IMG/VR virus record: IMGVR_UViG_3300048882_000756
Span: 1-33,683 of that record
DNA length: 33,683 nucleotides
Reading direction: 5' to 3' (one strand)
Origin: a virus
Taxonomy: Duplodnaviria > Caudoviricetes
Numbering within the stretch: the stretch's first letter is position 1; every line of letters starts with the position of its first letter. The notes under the pieces were generated by a model that made no database searches, was not told the origin of the DNA, and saw only the letters and a program-made list of their open reading frames with translations. The translations under genes and the position numbers were made by a program. Positions 18,245-26,732 of this stretch are shown one piece after another.

Positions 18245-20256
18245 GCTTTAACGCCTACATTGTTATCGACCTGGATCACGGCCAGCGCGCCGTGTCCACG
18301 ACAGACCCCGTGACCAAGACGTTCGACGGTACAGAGTTCGCGTTCATCTCGGGAGCATCAGACGTCTCTCTTCCCAGCTCTAAGATCAATCCTGAGAGCG
18401 GGCGGGGCTCGTCTGGTGAGGCGTCTGTTAGGCTTTTCGATGACGAGCTAACTCCTGGGGCCCTTCTGAGCACCTATGCCAGAATACAGGGGTGTCGCAT
18501 GCGTGTGTGGGTGGAGGGAGACGACGCCACGAGCCTCCTCGCTTTCGACGGGGAGGTGAATGGGGTCAAGCATCTAGTCGATGAGGCCTCCATCATCATT
18601 GTTGGTGGCCCCGTCCAGAGGAATGTTGAGATCCCGTTTCCCCCTGGGTTCACCCTCGAAGACGGCCGATTCATTGACAGAGAGACCAAGCACATCGAGT
18701 TCAGGCGTATTGTGAATGCGGTGTACGAGGACGCAACGGCCACGTTCATCTGGCTCAAAGACAAGATGCAATTCAAGTCACAGTTCGGCACGCCAGACGC
18801 CCCGAGCTTCCCGTTTAGCGGGCCGCAGGGCGGCGGCGGGGTTCCAGCGGCGTATGAGACTGAGTATATCCTTGAGAATATTATTCAGATCGATGGGTCC
18901 CACGAATACGGGGACATTACGGAGGCGGGCACGTATCTCCACTGGGAGAACTCAGCGAAGAATGACGCAATCCCAGTGATCTATGGACGGTGCATAAACG
19001 TGCCGTTAAGGCCGATGGCGCACTACAGGTTGAAGTTCCCCGGCAGAGACATCTCTGGTTCAGGGTTCCATACGAACTACGCGAAGGTATACATCTACAT
19101 CGTGGCCTGCCACCCCGTGATTGGAGATGACAGGGAGACCGGCGTGCTACTCATGGCGAACAGGCAACCAGGAGGAGGAACGCCAGACTTCTATCTCTCA
19201 GCGAGGTGGGGCGACGACCACTTTGTGCCCGCGCCGCTCTCGGCGGCGGTCTCATCATACGAGGGGGGCATTCCGGGGTACACTGTAGGAGACGGCCTGG
19301 GCGGGACGGTATCATATGTAACGATACCTGTGCCGTACACCGACGACACCTTTGATAATATTCTCGGGTCTGCGGGGCAGATAGAACAGCTTCACTTGTG
19401 GGACGATAGCGGTGCCGGAAGTATCTTTACCGTAAACTGCTCGGGCTATGGAGACTTCGTTCCGGGGGAGGCCCGCGCCCTCATGTGCAAGGGGAAGCCA
19501 AAGTCTGGGACAGAGGTGATGAGCGGGCTTGGTGATGTAATCTACGACATGTGGACGACGTTTGGCGCTGGAACGGCAGACGCGGTTGACTGGGAGACCT
19601 CGGCCAGGTCTACAAGCAAGCTGAACAGCTACACGTGCGATATGATCGTCAACACGCGCCAGAAGGCTCAGACGATTGACCGCGTTGTGAACTCACGCAT
19701 GGCCAAGCAGTTCCCGGTTGCCTTTGGCTATCCAAGGGGGAAGCTCGCGTGGACGAGTACCGCACTCCCCACCCAGGCGGGTGGTGGCATTCGCCACTTC
19801 GTGTATGGGGAGGACCTACTTGAGCGCACGGCGATCACGGAGACGCCTCGTTCACAGATAGAGAACATCATCACGTACAGCTATGGCCTCGACGGTGAAC
19901 GCAACGGCAACAGGTTCACGGGAAGGATCGACGAGACAAACAGCAACGTTTGCAGGGCCAGCGCCTCGCGGTGGGGCAAGTCGAGAGAGACGAGGATAGA
20001 CTTGCCAGATACGCAGGACGCAGTAACGGCTAGCCTTGTTGCTGCTGAGAGGCTGAACCAGAGGGCGGGGGTGAGGATTGCGGTGTCCTACACGTGCACG
20101 GACGTGTCAACGACCAGGATCCCCCTTCTAAGCGTCGTATCAATAACAGACGAGCCAGCGGCCTTTGATGAGGAAGAGTTCTTCTTTCTTGGCTATGAGT
20201 GGGGGCAAGACCTCACCTCTATCACCTTGGACTTCATCAGCGTTTCAATGGTGTAG
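18241..20256 (+). CDS. putative tail/baseplate hub-type structural protein
   Basis: 671 aa, beta-rich; FDGEV, IPVIYGRC and ASASRWG patterns resemble tail hub/host-specificity proteins. Confidence 0.6.
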   Translation: MSFNAYIVIDLDHGQRAVSTTDPVTKTFDGTEFAFISGASDVSLPSSKINPESGRGSSGEASVRLFDDELTPGALLSTYARIQGCRMRVWVEGDDATSLLAFDGEVNGVKHLVDEASIIIVGGPVQRNVEIPFPPGFTLEDGRFIDRETKHIEFRRIVNAVYEDATATFIWLKDKMQFKSQFGTPDAPSFPFSGPQGGGGVPAAYETEYILENIIQIDGSHEYGDITEAGTYLHWENSAKNDAIPVIYGRCINVPLRPMAHYRLKFPGRDISGSGFHTNYAKVYIYIVACHPVIGDDRETGVLLMANRQPGGGTPDFYLSARWGDDHFVPAPLSAAVSSYEGGIPGYTVGDGLGGTVSYVTIPVPYTDDTFDNILGSAGQIEQLHLWDDSGAGSIFTVNCSGYGDFVPGEARALMCKGKPKSGTEVMSGLGDVIYDMWTTFGAGTADAVDWETSARSTSKLNSYTCDMIVNTRQKAQTIDRVVNSRMAKQFPVAFGYPRGKLAWTSTALPTQAGGGIRHFVYGEDLLERTAITETPRSQIENIITYSYGLDGERNGNRFTGRIDETNSNVCRASASRWGKSRETRIDLPDTQDAVTASLVAAERLNQRAGVRIAVSYTCTDVSTTRIPLLSVVSITDEPAAFDEEEFFFLGYEWGQDLTSITLDFISVSMV

Positions 20257-20261
20257 GGTCA

Positions 20262-21245
20262 ATGAGGGTAGTCATGTTGACAATGGACGACTACGGAGGC
20301 TCTGGCTGGCAGATCTGCGAGGCCGTGAGGCGCACTGGTGGAGCAGAGATGCTTCACATCCGGTCAAGGCCTCACCGCTTTGGCTACCCCACCGACATTG
20401 ACCTTGATCCACGCAGAAGGGCTTCGATGGTGCGTGCACAGGAGGCCGTAAACGGGGCAGACATTCTCCACTTCAAGGGCGATGATCTCCCATCATCCCG
20501 GCCATGGGCGGGCATCACAATCCCCCGAACCACCCCCGCCATCATCACTGTTGGCGGAAGCGGCTTCAGGCGGCGGTTGACGCACGCTGCCCCACACCGT
20601 CTCCAGCGGCACCCGATAATGGACTATGTCTCTTATTTCGATTCCCGCGTGGCCCTAACGCCAGACTTGAACTATGAGGATTTCCGGGGCCAGTGGGTTC
20701 CGGCCGCAATAGATTGCGACGGGGTTCCACTTACCTTCAAAGCGCCAATAGGCGCAAACGGAAAGCCAAACATTGTCATCGGACACAGCCCGTCAAACCG
20801 AAGAAAGAAGGGGACGGATGACGTTCTGGTCCCAGCAGTCGAGACACTTCGACGCGAGGGCTTAAATATAAACCTAAAGATTATCGAGGGGGTTTCTCAC
20901 GAGGAGTGCGTAGATGCCAAGGTGGGCCTAACAATCTTCTGGGATCAGTGCATTGTTGGTGCCTACGGAAACTCGGCACTTGAGGCGATGCAGTTTGGCA
21001 TACCGACCATGTGCTGGCTTGCCCCCAAGACACTTGTTCAGGCGCGAGGGCAGTTAGACGGCTGCCCCATAGTAAACTTCGATCCAACGCCAGATGGCTG
21101 TGCAGAGGCCATTAGGGGGCTGCTGTCTCAAGACCTTTCTCTTGTGGCCAGGGAGACAAGGCGCTGGACGAGAGAGGTGCATGGCTACGGGGCCGTGGGC
21201 GGAAAATACATGGCTCTATACCGAAGCCTGGTTGGCCAGCACTAG
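20262..21245 (+). CDS. GT-B (GT4-like) glycosyltransferase
   Basis: IGHSPSNRRKKGT, IFWDQ..GAYGNSALEAMQFGIP. Confidence 0.8.
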   Translation: MRVVMLTMDDYGGSGWQICEAVRRTGGAEMLHIRSRPHRFGYPTDIDLDPRRRASMVRAQEAVNGADILHFKGDDLPSSRPWAGITIPRTTPAIITVGGSGFRRRLTHAAPHRLQRHPIMDYVSYFDSRVALTPDLNYEDFRGQWVPAAIDCDGVPLTFKAPIGANGKPNIVIGHSPSNRRKKGTDDVLVPAVETLRREGLNINLKIIEGVSHEECVDAKVGLTIFWDQCIVGAYGNSALEAMQFGIPTMCWLAPKTLVQARGQLDGCPIVNFDPTPDGCAEAIRGLLSQDLSLVARETRRWTREVHGYGAVGGKYMALYRSLVGQH

Positions 21246-21255
21246 GCCCAAGAAT

Positions 21256-21275
21256 GAAAAACTAAGTACGTAAGA
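21256..21275 (-). repeat. degenerate repeat copy closing the leftward array
   Basis: gaaaaactaagtacgtaaga, between two convergent stop codons. Confidence 0.6.
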
Positions 21276-21302
21276 AGTTTGGCAACGACCGTAGCACGGA
21301 AG

Positions 21303-22805
21303 TCATACGGCCTCCACCCCTGGCGAGGGGGCCGTGATCTGATACTTCTTACGGATGGGGGTGTCGTCAATGCCAGAAACCCAGGACGGCGGGTGCCACC
21401 TGAGCACGAGCTTTCTTTCATGCTTCTCGATGTTGGCACCAAGGTCATCCTTCATCGGGCCAACCCTGTGCCCGTGCCAGTGACCCCTACGAACGTGGGA
21501 CCGCATCTTTGCATTATCTGCAGACATCATCTCTCGTAGCTCAGCTGACGCGCCTGCCCGTGCTCCAATCTCCACGGTCTTGTATCTGAGTTTCTCATAC
21601 GTGCGAAGCTCGCGCCTTGCGGCCTTCTCTAGCCGCTTCCTTGCCTTGCCCCCACGCGATGCTTCAGCGCGGCTGAGAAGGGCGCGGTGGCGCTCTAGTG
21701 CAGCCTCTGCCTCCTCCACAGAGGAACACTCGACGATGTCGGCCCACCCCGTAGGGGACTGGGCATACAGGATCGTGTTGACGATAATTCTCGTCAGCTT
21801 GAAACCGAGATACATACAATCTTCGTGCGAGCGGCCACTGTGATGCGAGCCCATCTCTTGAAGGGCCAAGAGCGCCAGCCGGTCCCGCGTTGGTTCATCA
21901 TTGAGGGCCCCCTTCACGGCCGCCGCTGTAAGGGAGAAGAACTCTTCGAGGTTGACGGAATGATTGAACAGGGCAGGCATCGGCTTCTCACGAGCGCCCT
22001 TCACCCCCACCAACATCACCGCGTCCAGCCATTTGAGGGCCCCCTCCACCTCTTCCTGGTCTATCCCGTGGTGAAGCGCCAGCATTGAGACCCTGTTGCA
22101 CCGATCTTTGGGCTCCCGACTGTCGGAAAGCACGGGCCGCCCATTTGGGCCCTCCCACCAATCGGACTTGGAGAGGTCATAGAGGAAGTCGTCGAGACCA
22201 TGGAGGCCCGAAATGCACCCGCTGTGGCGTCTAACGACGTCTAAAAGAGACACCCTTGATCCTTCCGGGGGGAGAGCCTCTACGATACTTGAGGTCAGGG
22301 CCCCTGCTTCAAGGGTCACGTAGATGCCCGCTATCGGCCGCCCCTCTCCCCCCGTGCCCTGCGGGTACTTGTACGACAGGCCCGAGCCCGAGAGGTCGAG
22401 AAAAAACGTCCCCCATGGCGAGCGCAAGAACGACCTCGGGACACTACGGATTTCTGTCTCAGCGAATGCGCGTGCCATCGTGGGGTTGAGGGAGACAACG
22501 GTGAGCCCGTCAGCCTCGAACTGGACCATGTTAGACAGAAGCTGGTGAGCATACATGCTGTCGAGTTCTTCAGCCTCTTCTTCGGGAAGGTGGTCGAACA
22601 GCATTATGTCCCTGTCCGCGTCTTTGAATTCGATGGGGCCGTTATACCCGTGCGGTGATATCCTGCCGCCAAGACCGAGGGTCATTGCCTCTAGCCCGGT
22701 ACATCCGTGGGCGCTGGCCCGCTGCGCGGCAGACGAGCGGACCTTGTCCAAAACGGTGCGAAGGCCGGGACACCGTCGACACGCCAGGTCAAAGTGTGTC
22801 TCCAT
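21303..22805 (-). CDS. large hypothetical protein with C-terminal HxRRGHW motif
   Basis: 500 aa; AGGAG RBS; RSHVRRGHWH...LRWHPPSWV tail seen in uncharacterised phage proteins. Confidence 0.75.
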   Translation of the reverse strand: METHFDLACRRCPGLRTVLDKVRSSAAQRASAHGCTGLEAMTLGLGGRISPHGYNGPIEFKDADRDIMLFDHLPEEEAEELDSMYAHQLLSNMVQFEADGLTVVSLNPTMARAFAETEIRSVPRSFLRSPWGTFFLDLSGSGLSYKYPQGTGGEGRPIAGIYVTLEAGALTSSIVEALPPEGSRVSLLDVVRRHSGCISGLHGLDDFLYDLSKSDWWEGPNGRPVLSDSREPKDRCNRVSMLALHHGIDQEEVEGALKWLDAVMLVGVKGAREKPMPALFNHSVNLEEFFSLTAAAVKGALNDEPTRDRLALLALQEMGSHHSGRSHEDCMYLGFKLTRIIVNTILYAQSPTGWADIVECSSVEEAEAALERHRALLSRAEASRGGKARKRLEKAARRELRTYEKLRYKTVEIGARAGASAELREMMSADNAKMRSHVRRGHWHGHRVGPMKDDLGANIEKHERKLVLRWHPPSWVSGIDDTPIRKKYQITAPSPGVEAV

Positions 22806-22810
22806 GACCG

Positions 22811-23137
22811 CTACTCCTTTCGCCTGTAGTAGGCACCTCTATCAGAGAGGCCTGCGCGGTAGCCGCACACATAGCTATAAGAGCCGGGAGGGTATCGGTC
22901 TGCGTCCTCTGGCGCATCGCACCCTGCGTCGTAGCCAGCCTCGTAGTCTACGTATTGACCACGCGCCATGTGGTCGTGTGTTCCGGGACCGACGTCCACG
23001 ACGGAGCCGCCGGTTCCCCACCATGCTCGTGATGGGCCCTCATCCTTCATAAAGCGAATGTAGTCGTTGCACTCGAACTCGTTGTCAGCCACGAAGACAA
23101 TCTCTTTTCGCTCGTTCTCAACTCCAAAGTATTTCAT
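22811..23137 (-). CDS. hypothetical protein
   Basis: GGAGG RBS; YEAGYDAG..Y..GYRAG pattern. Confidence 0.65.
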   Translation of the reverse strand: MKYFGVENERKEIVFVADNEFECNDYIRFMKDEGPSRAWWGTGGSVVDVGPGTHDHMARGQYVDYEAGYDAGCDAPEDADRYPPGSYSYVCGYRAGLSDRGAYYRRKE

Positions 23138-23167
23138 AGCTACCCTCCGCTCGTGTTATGTTTCCGC

Positions 23168-23234
23168 GTCGACACCGGGAAAGGTATCGGCGCAATTTCA
23201 AACCATTTAATGGGGTTGAATTCCCGGTGTCGAC
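23168..23234. other. intergenic long inverted repeat / structured RNA element
   Basis: Perfect 14-bp arms GTCGACACCGGGAA / TTCCCGGTGTCGAC enclosing an inner TTCAA..CCATT/AATGG..TTGAA stem. Confidence 0.75.
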
Positions 23235-23264
23235 TTTGCGCGTGCCACGTTCATTTCAGAAGAC

Positions 23265-23552
23265 CTAGATGCCTAAGTCCAGTCGGTCGTGGTGCATGGC
23301 CGAGGCCTGATTCAGGGCCTCTGCTTGATGTATCTCTGCCTGGAACAGCCGCGCCAGGTGTATGGCGTCTCCAACGCTGTAGACGGGATCCGGTTCCTCC
23401 AATCTATCGAGGGTGTCTATGGCCGCCCTTGCCAGCCGAAACAGGACAAAGGCCCGCTCAATTGAGGCCCCCTCTCCCGGCTTTAGGCAACCCCACCACG
23501 TGCTCTCCTTCATATGATACAGCTCCTCACTGAATTCCATCTTCGTGCCCAC
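23265..23552 (-). CDS. hypothetical protein
   Basis: 95-aa ORF with AGGAGG upstream. Confidence 0.6.
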   Translation of the reverse strand: MGTKMEFSEELYHMKESTWWGCLKPGEGASIERAFVLFRLARAAIDTLDRLEEPDPVYSVGDAIHLARLFQAEIHQAEALNQASAMHHDRLDLGI

Positions 23553-23554
23553 TC

Positions 23555-23962
23555 TCAGCCTCCTTTAGGTTTAAACTCCCTGAGATAGTGAAACGGCGTC
23601 TTCTGCCGAATCTTCCGTATTACGAACCCTTCAATCTGCCTAACCTGCTCACGGTGTATGCCGTGTATTTTGCCTATCTCCGTTAACGTTTGAGGTGGAT
23701 CGCCCCGAAGTCCGAACCTGCGACTGAGAACATCTTTGGCCCGCTCTCCATAGCGCTCCCCAACAGTGCGGACACACTCACCGACTGCGGCAACCAGCTG
23801 ACTATGGGCGGCCATTTCAAATGGGTCGCCATATTCATCGCCAGTCATGATTCCCCAGTCGCCCATCTGTTTTGTCAGCTGACTGGCGCTGTCCTCGCTT
23901 GCAGGCTCGGTCGTCCGCATATCATGAATGGTGGCCTCCGATAGTTTAGGCTCTCGCTTCAC
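23555..23962 (-). CDS. stand-alone sigma70 region 3.2/4 protein
   Basis: DPFEMA...ERAKDVLSRRFGLRGDPPQTLTEIGKIHGIHREQVRQIE..VIRKIR matches the RpoD/RpoS region-4 HTH; GTG start at 23962 with GGAGG. Confidence 0.8.
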   Translation of the reverse strand: MKREPKLSEATIHDMRTTEPASEDSASQLTKQMGDWGIMTGDEYGDPFEMAAHSQLVAAVGECVRTVGERYGERAKDVLSRRFGLRGDPPQTLTEIGKIHGIHREQVRQIEGFVIRKIRQKTPFHYLREFKPKGG

Positions 23963-23970
23963 GCCCCCTC

Positions 23971-23990
23971 CAAAAATCACATACGTAAGA
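23971..23990 (-). repeat. degenerate repeat copy abutting the RBS of the sigma-4 gene
   Basis: caaaaatcacatacgtaaga. Confidence 0.65.
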
Positions 23991-24021
23991 AGTATTGTCC
24001 CTCGCATAGGCGCGGATCTTA

Positions 24022-24423
24022 TCAGTAGTCATTTATCCTACTTTGAGCTTGAGAGGGTTGGGACGTCTTGGGGGGGTCTGGTGGCGAGACTACGTGCGAC
24101 CAATACCCCTGGAACAGGTGTTTTGCTGAACCAACCGGCCTGGCCGACCTCAAGTCGTCTGCGTGTGGCGCAAGGTGCGCTGCCAGATCGATGGCTTTCT
24201 TGAGTGCCACCTTTAACGCCTTTATTTCCGTCTCTCTTGGATCCTCTGCGTCCTCTGCGTCCAGGGATTTAATCCCCAGAAGAATGGCCACGCCGGCCAC
24301 AAAGGATCGAGAACTCTTTTGGTCGTCTGCAATTCGGTCCAGCGTAGAGATCGCCTTCTCGTCGAGCCTAACGCTCACCACCTTTTTTGTCTTCATAGAC
24401 TTCATGTTATCCCTCCTCCCCAC
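24022..24423 (-). CDS. ribbon-helix-helix (CopG-like) DNA-binding protein
   Basis: KKVVSVRLDEKAISTLDRIADDQKSSRSFVAGVAI; true start may be an internal ATG near 24406. Confidence 0.65.
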   Translation of the reverse strand: MGRRDNMKSMKTKKVVSVRLDEKAISTLDRIADDQKSSRSFVAGVAILLGIKSLDAEDAEDPRETEIKALKVALKKAIDLAAHLAPHADDLRSARPVGSAKHLFQGYWSHVVSPPDPPKTSQPSQAQSRINDY

Positions 24424-24589
24424 TTAGACCCTCTGCTTCGAGGAATTCTGCCAACCCGTCTGGCCCCCCGACCCGGCCGAGAAACTCGCCATCGGATAGG
24501 GCGTCCTGCTGCCTCTTCGTGCAGCGCTCCCAGACACCTTCAATCATCTCCATCATGTCCATGTCTTCCCGCGCCTTCTCGTCACTCAT
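24407..24589 (-). CDS. small acidic hypothetical protein
   Basis: 60 aa, coupled to neighbours. Confidence 0.5.
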   Translation of the reverse strand: MSDEKAREDMDMMEMIEGVWERCTKRQQDALSDGEFLGRVGGPDGLAEFLEAEGLSGEEG

Positions 24590-25070
24590 CTCTCACCCCC
24601 AATTGCTTTATCATTCCCCCCGTGAACCCTGCAGGCGTCCAGTGTCGACCCCAGGACTTTGCGTCAGACAGTACGGTGCGCCCCTGCCAGACCGCGCACC
24701 ATCGGACAAGGGTGCGGCCATTACGCTTGATGCGTGCACACTTGAGCGCGTACTCGTCGGGCCGACCCATAAGGTCTAGCTTCTGGGCCACGCGCTCAGC
24801 TGTGGCCCGCGTCATCCTATAGTCCTCTGCCTTGATGGCCAGAGCAGGGCCGTCGTCAGCCTTGGCGGCCCTGATGGACAGCGCCCGCTTTAGCTCGGTT
24901 ATCCGCTCTTGTGCCCCGGCGAGGGCAATGATCCTCTTCGCCCTCGCCGCGCCTTCGCAGTGCTCCAAAGACAAGACGTGCTTTGACACGTCTACCCTTC
25001 GCTCCTCCGCCCTTATGCACCCCTCGATTCCAGCCACGGTCAAGTTCAACGCAAGCTCTTCTGCCTTCAT
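24582..25070 (-). CDS. hypothetical protein
   Basis: 162 aa with GAGGAG RBS. Confidence 0.6.
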   Translation of the reverse strand: MKAEELALNLTVAGIEGCIRAEERRVDVSKHVLSLEHCEGAARAKRIIALAGAQERITELKRALSIRAAKADDGPALAIKAEDYRMTRATAERVAQKLDLMGRPDEYALKCARIKRNGRTLVRWCAVWQGRTVLSDAKSWGRHWTPAGFTGGMIKQLGVRDE

Positions 25071-25134
25071 TCTCTCTCTCCTCTCTGCCCGTCTCTGTTC
25101 TGTGGTCTATTAGTTATCACTCACCCCACCCCCC

Positions 25135-25485
25135 TCACGGGGTGGGGCTGGACGTCTCTGCCCTTTGCTCCATCCTTACAAGTGGCAGTCCGACCCGCCG
25201 CATGATGTACGCATTGGTCATTGGTGAGATGGCGAACTCGACCCTCCAGACAAGGTCTCCCGTGAATTTTGCACGGTGCGTCTTTTGCACAGTGACGTGG
25301 CCTTCGCCGCAGGCCCCAAGAATGGACGCAAACGTCCGTGCGTCCTCCTGCCCCCGAAATCTTACCCAGTCGTAGATGCCGTTCTCCCCCATCTTTCGAG
25401 CGGCCTCGCGGTAGTTCGCAGTCCGTCGTCGGGCCGCCTTCATCGCGTCGGTCTGCCTTCGCGCTTCTGGATACATGCACTTCAT
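25135..25485 (-). CDS. hypothetical protein
   Basis: 116 aa with GGAGGTGA RBS. Confidence 0.6.
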   Translation of the reverse strand: MKCMYPEARRQTDAMKAARRRTANYREAARKMGENGIYDWVRFRGQEDARTFASILGACGEGHVTVQKTHRAKFTGDLVWRVEFAISPMTNAYIMRRVGLPLVRMEQRAETSSPTP

Positions 25486-25502
25486 TTCTCACCTCCACCA
25501 TT

Positions 25503-25532
25503 ATCTTATGTCGATAAACCCAACATAATCAA
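25503..25532 (-). promoter_or_regulatory. candidate sigma70-type promoter
   Basis: TTGATT-18nt-TAAGAT with a T-rich upstream tract in an AT-rich gap. Confidence 0.35.
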
Positions 25533-25564
25533 AACAAAACAACAAGCACATGAATTCATTAACG

Positions 25565-25605
25565 AAAAATCATGTACGTAAGACTTCTACTTCGTCCCGT
25601 AACGA
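25565..25605 (-). repeat. repeat copy (degenerate distal half)
   Basis: aaaaatcatgtacgtaagac-ttctacttc-gtc-ccg-taacga. Confidence 0.85.
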
Positions 25606-25892
25606 GGCCCCAGACACACCCCCCCCTTCACCCCAAGCGCCGTGCCCATCGACGACGGAATCGTCACCAATCGGCCGTATCGTCTCTCGAACGCTGGCAG
25701 AAGCTCCTCACAGCGCTTAATGACGCGCCCCTTCAAAGCATCGTCCCACGTCGCGCCCATGTACTTAGCTTGAGACCTGCACTGATCCTCTTGTGCGCCG
25801 TCTACGTGCCCAGCGTGAGGCACAAGACACCCCCATGTGAAGATGAGATCCCTCGCAATCCAGTCTACTTGTCTCGTGTTCAGCCTCTTCAT
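25587..25892 (-). CDS. hypothetical protein
   Basis: 101 aa; stop lies inside the repeat. Confidence 0.6.
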   Translation of the reverse strand: MKRLNTRQVDWIARDLIFTWGCLVPHAGHVDGAQEDQCRSQAKYMGATWDDALKGRVIKRCEELLPAFERRYGRLVTIPSSMGTALGVKGGVCLGPRYGTK

Positions 25893-25975
25893 TCCCCTTG
25901 CTCCCTCGCGTCTATAGCGAAAAGGATTAGGACAATGGCTCCGATAAACAAGAACGCGAACAGTCCATCACTCAT
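25889..25975 (-). CDS. 28-aa single-TM peptide (not in ORF track)
   Basis: MSDGLFAFLFIGAIVLILFAIDAREQGE*; AAGGAG RBS right after a repeat; ATGA overlap with the next gene. Confidence 0.6.
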   Translation of the reverse strand: MSDGLFAFLFIGAIVLILFAIDAREQGE

Positions 25976-25988
25976 TTCTATCTCCTTC

Positions 25989-26008
25989 AAAATTCATGTA
26001 CGTAAGAC
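25989..26008 (-). repeat. repeat copy
   Basis: aaaattcatgtacgtaagac. Confidence 0.9.
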
Positions 26009-26023
26009 CCTGGTGGACCCTTC

Positions 26024-26359
26024 CTAGAAGGAGGGGTCCGAATACTTGTCGTACCCATTGGTCCAGATATTGGCGAAGCTGTGTCCCTTCGGTTTAAAGC
26101 GTTTGGCCCTACGTCGCCACGTCGCCGCGCTCACTCGCCCATTCGGGTTGGGGGTGAACTCGTAGCCCTGGCATTCGCTCAGTCCGTTGCTGTCGGTGCG
26201 CTTCGCGTTGGCCGCCCTGTAGTAAATGGTCTTGCCACTCTTGGTCCACCCTATGATGGTGATCGGATAGCGGTCGCTTCCTACGCTGTAGCTTCCACCC
26301 TGACCAGCGCCGATAGTTTGCCCGTTGGGCAGTGTAATTGTCCCCTGGTTCAACATCAT
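26024..26359 (-). CDS. hypothetical phage protein
   Basis: Start ATG 26359 after repeat and GGAG; GSDRYPITII...YSDPSF. Confidence 0.7.
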   Translation of the reverse strand: MMLNQGTITLPNGQTIGAGQGGSYSVGSDRYPITIIGWTKSGKTIYYRAANAKRTDSNGLSECQGYEFTPNPNGRVSAATWRRRAKRFKPKGHSFANIWTNGYDKYSDPSF

Positions 26360-26372
26360 TCTTCTCCACTTC

Positions 26373-26414
26373 AAAAATCCATGTACGTAAGACCGTAGCA
26401 AGGCCTTGTGACGT
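26373..26414 (-). repeat. repeat copy with distal half-site
   Basis: aaaaatccatgtacgtaa-gaccgtagcaaggccttg-tgacgt. Confidence 0.9.
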
Positions 26415-26432
26415 AAGGGTTTCAAGGAATCG

Positions 26433-26732
26433 TTACGTCGGGTTGGCCGCCCTAATGATAAAGTTGTGTCCGCTGTCGGGCGTTCGATGCCACCCCTCGG
26501 TAGCCTTGAGCCAGATCTTCCCCACCTCTGCTTCGCATTCGGCGGCAATGGCCGTGGGCTCTTCGTATATCCCCCTTCCGAAGTGTTCAGAAATCAGCCT
26601 TACCTCACTCTCGGTCCTATCCATCAACCAAGACGAGATTGCGTACAAGCAATACTCTGCACCCTCCTCGTTACTCCAGTCTTGAAGATCGACCTCGAAG
26701 GTGAAGCCCTTTTCCTCGATAATGGCAATCAT
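26433..26732 (-). CDS. hypothetical acidic protein
   Basis: 99 aa with ATGA overlap. Confidence 0.6.
   Translation of the reverse strand: MIAIIEEKGFTFEVDLQDWSNEEGAEYCLYAISSWLMDRTESEVRLISEHFGRGIYEEPTAIAAECEAEVGKIWLKATEGWHRTPDSGHNFIIRAANPT

Noticed and set aside
15875-18279. Long antisense ORFs (e.g. 15875-16417, 17608-18279, and many others elsewhere)
   Set aside because: They shadow well-supported coupled genes on the opposite strand in GC-rich DNA and show no recognisable motifs.
23165-23240. tRNA, hammerhead ribozyme or intrinsic terminator
   Set aside because: No cloverleaf or T-loop, no CUGANGA core and no U-tract.
25124-25147. GC hairpin CCCCACCCC/GGGGTGGGG as a terminator (similarly 32012-32029)
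   Set aside because: The stems are real but lack a U-tract on the coding strand, so they are not called.
26360-26548. ORF-track extensions running through repeats (also 23963-24007, 29546-29596, 31926-31973)
   Set aside because: Better RBS-start pairs lie just downstream of each repeat, and some extensions overlap the upstream gene.
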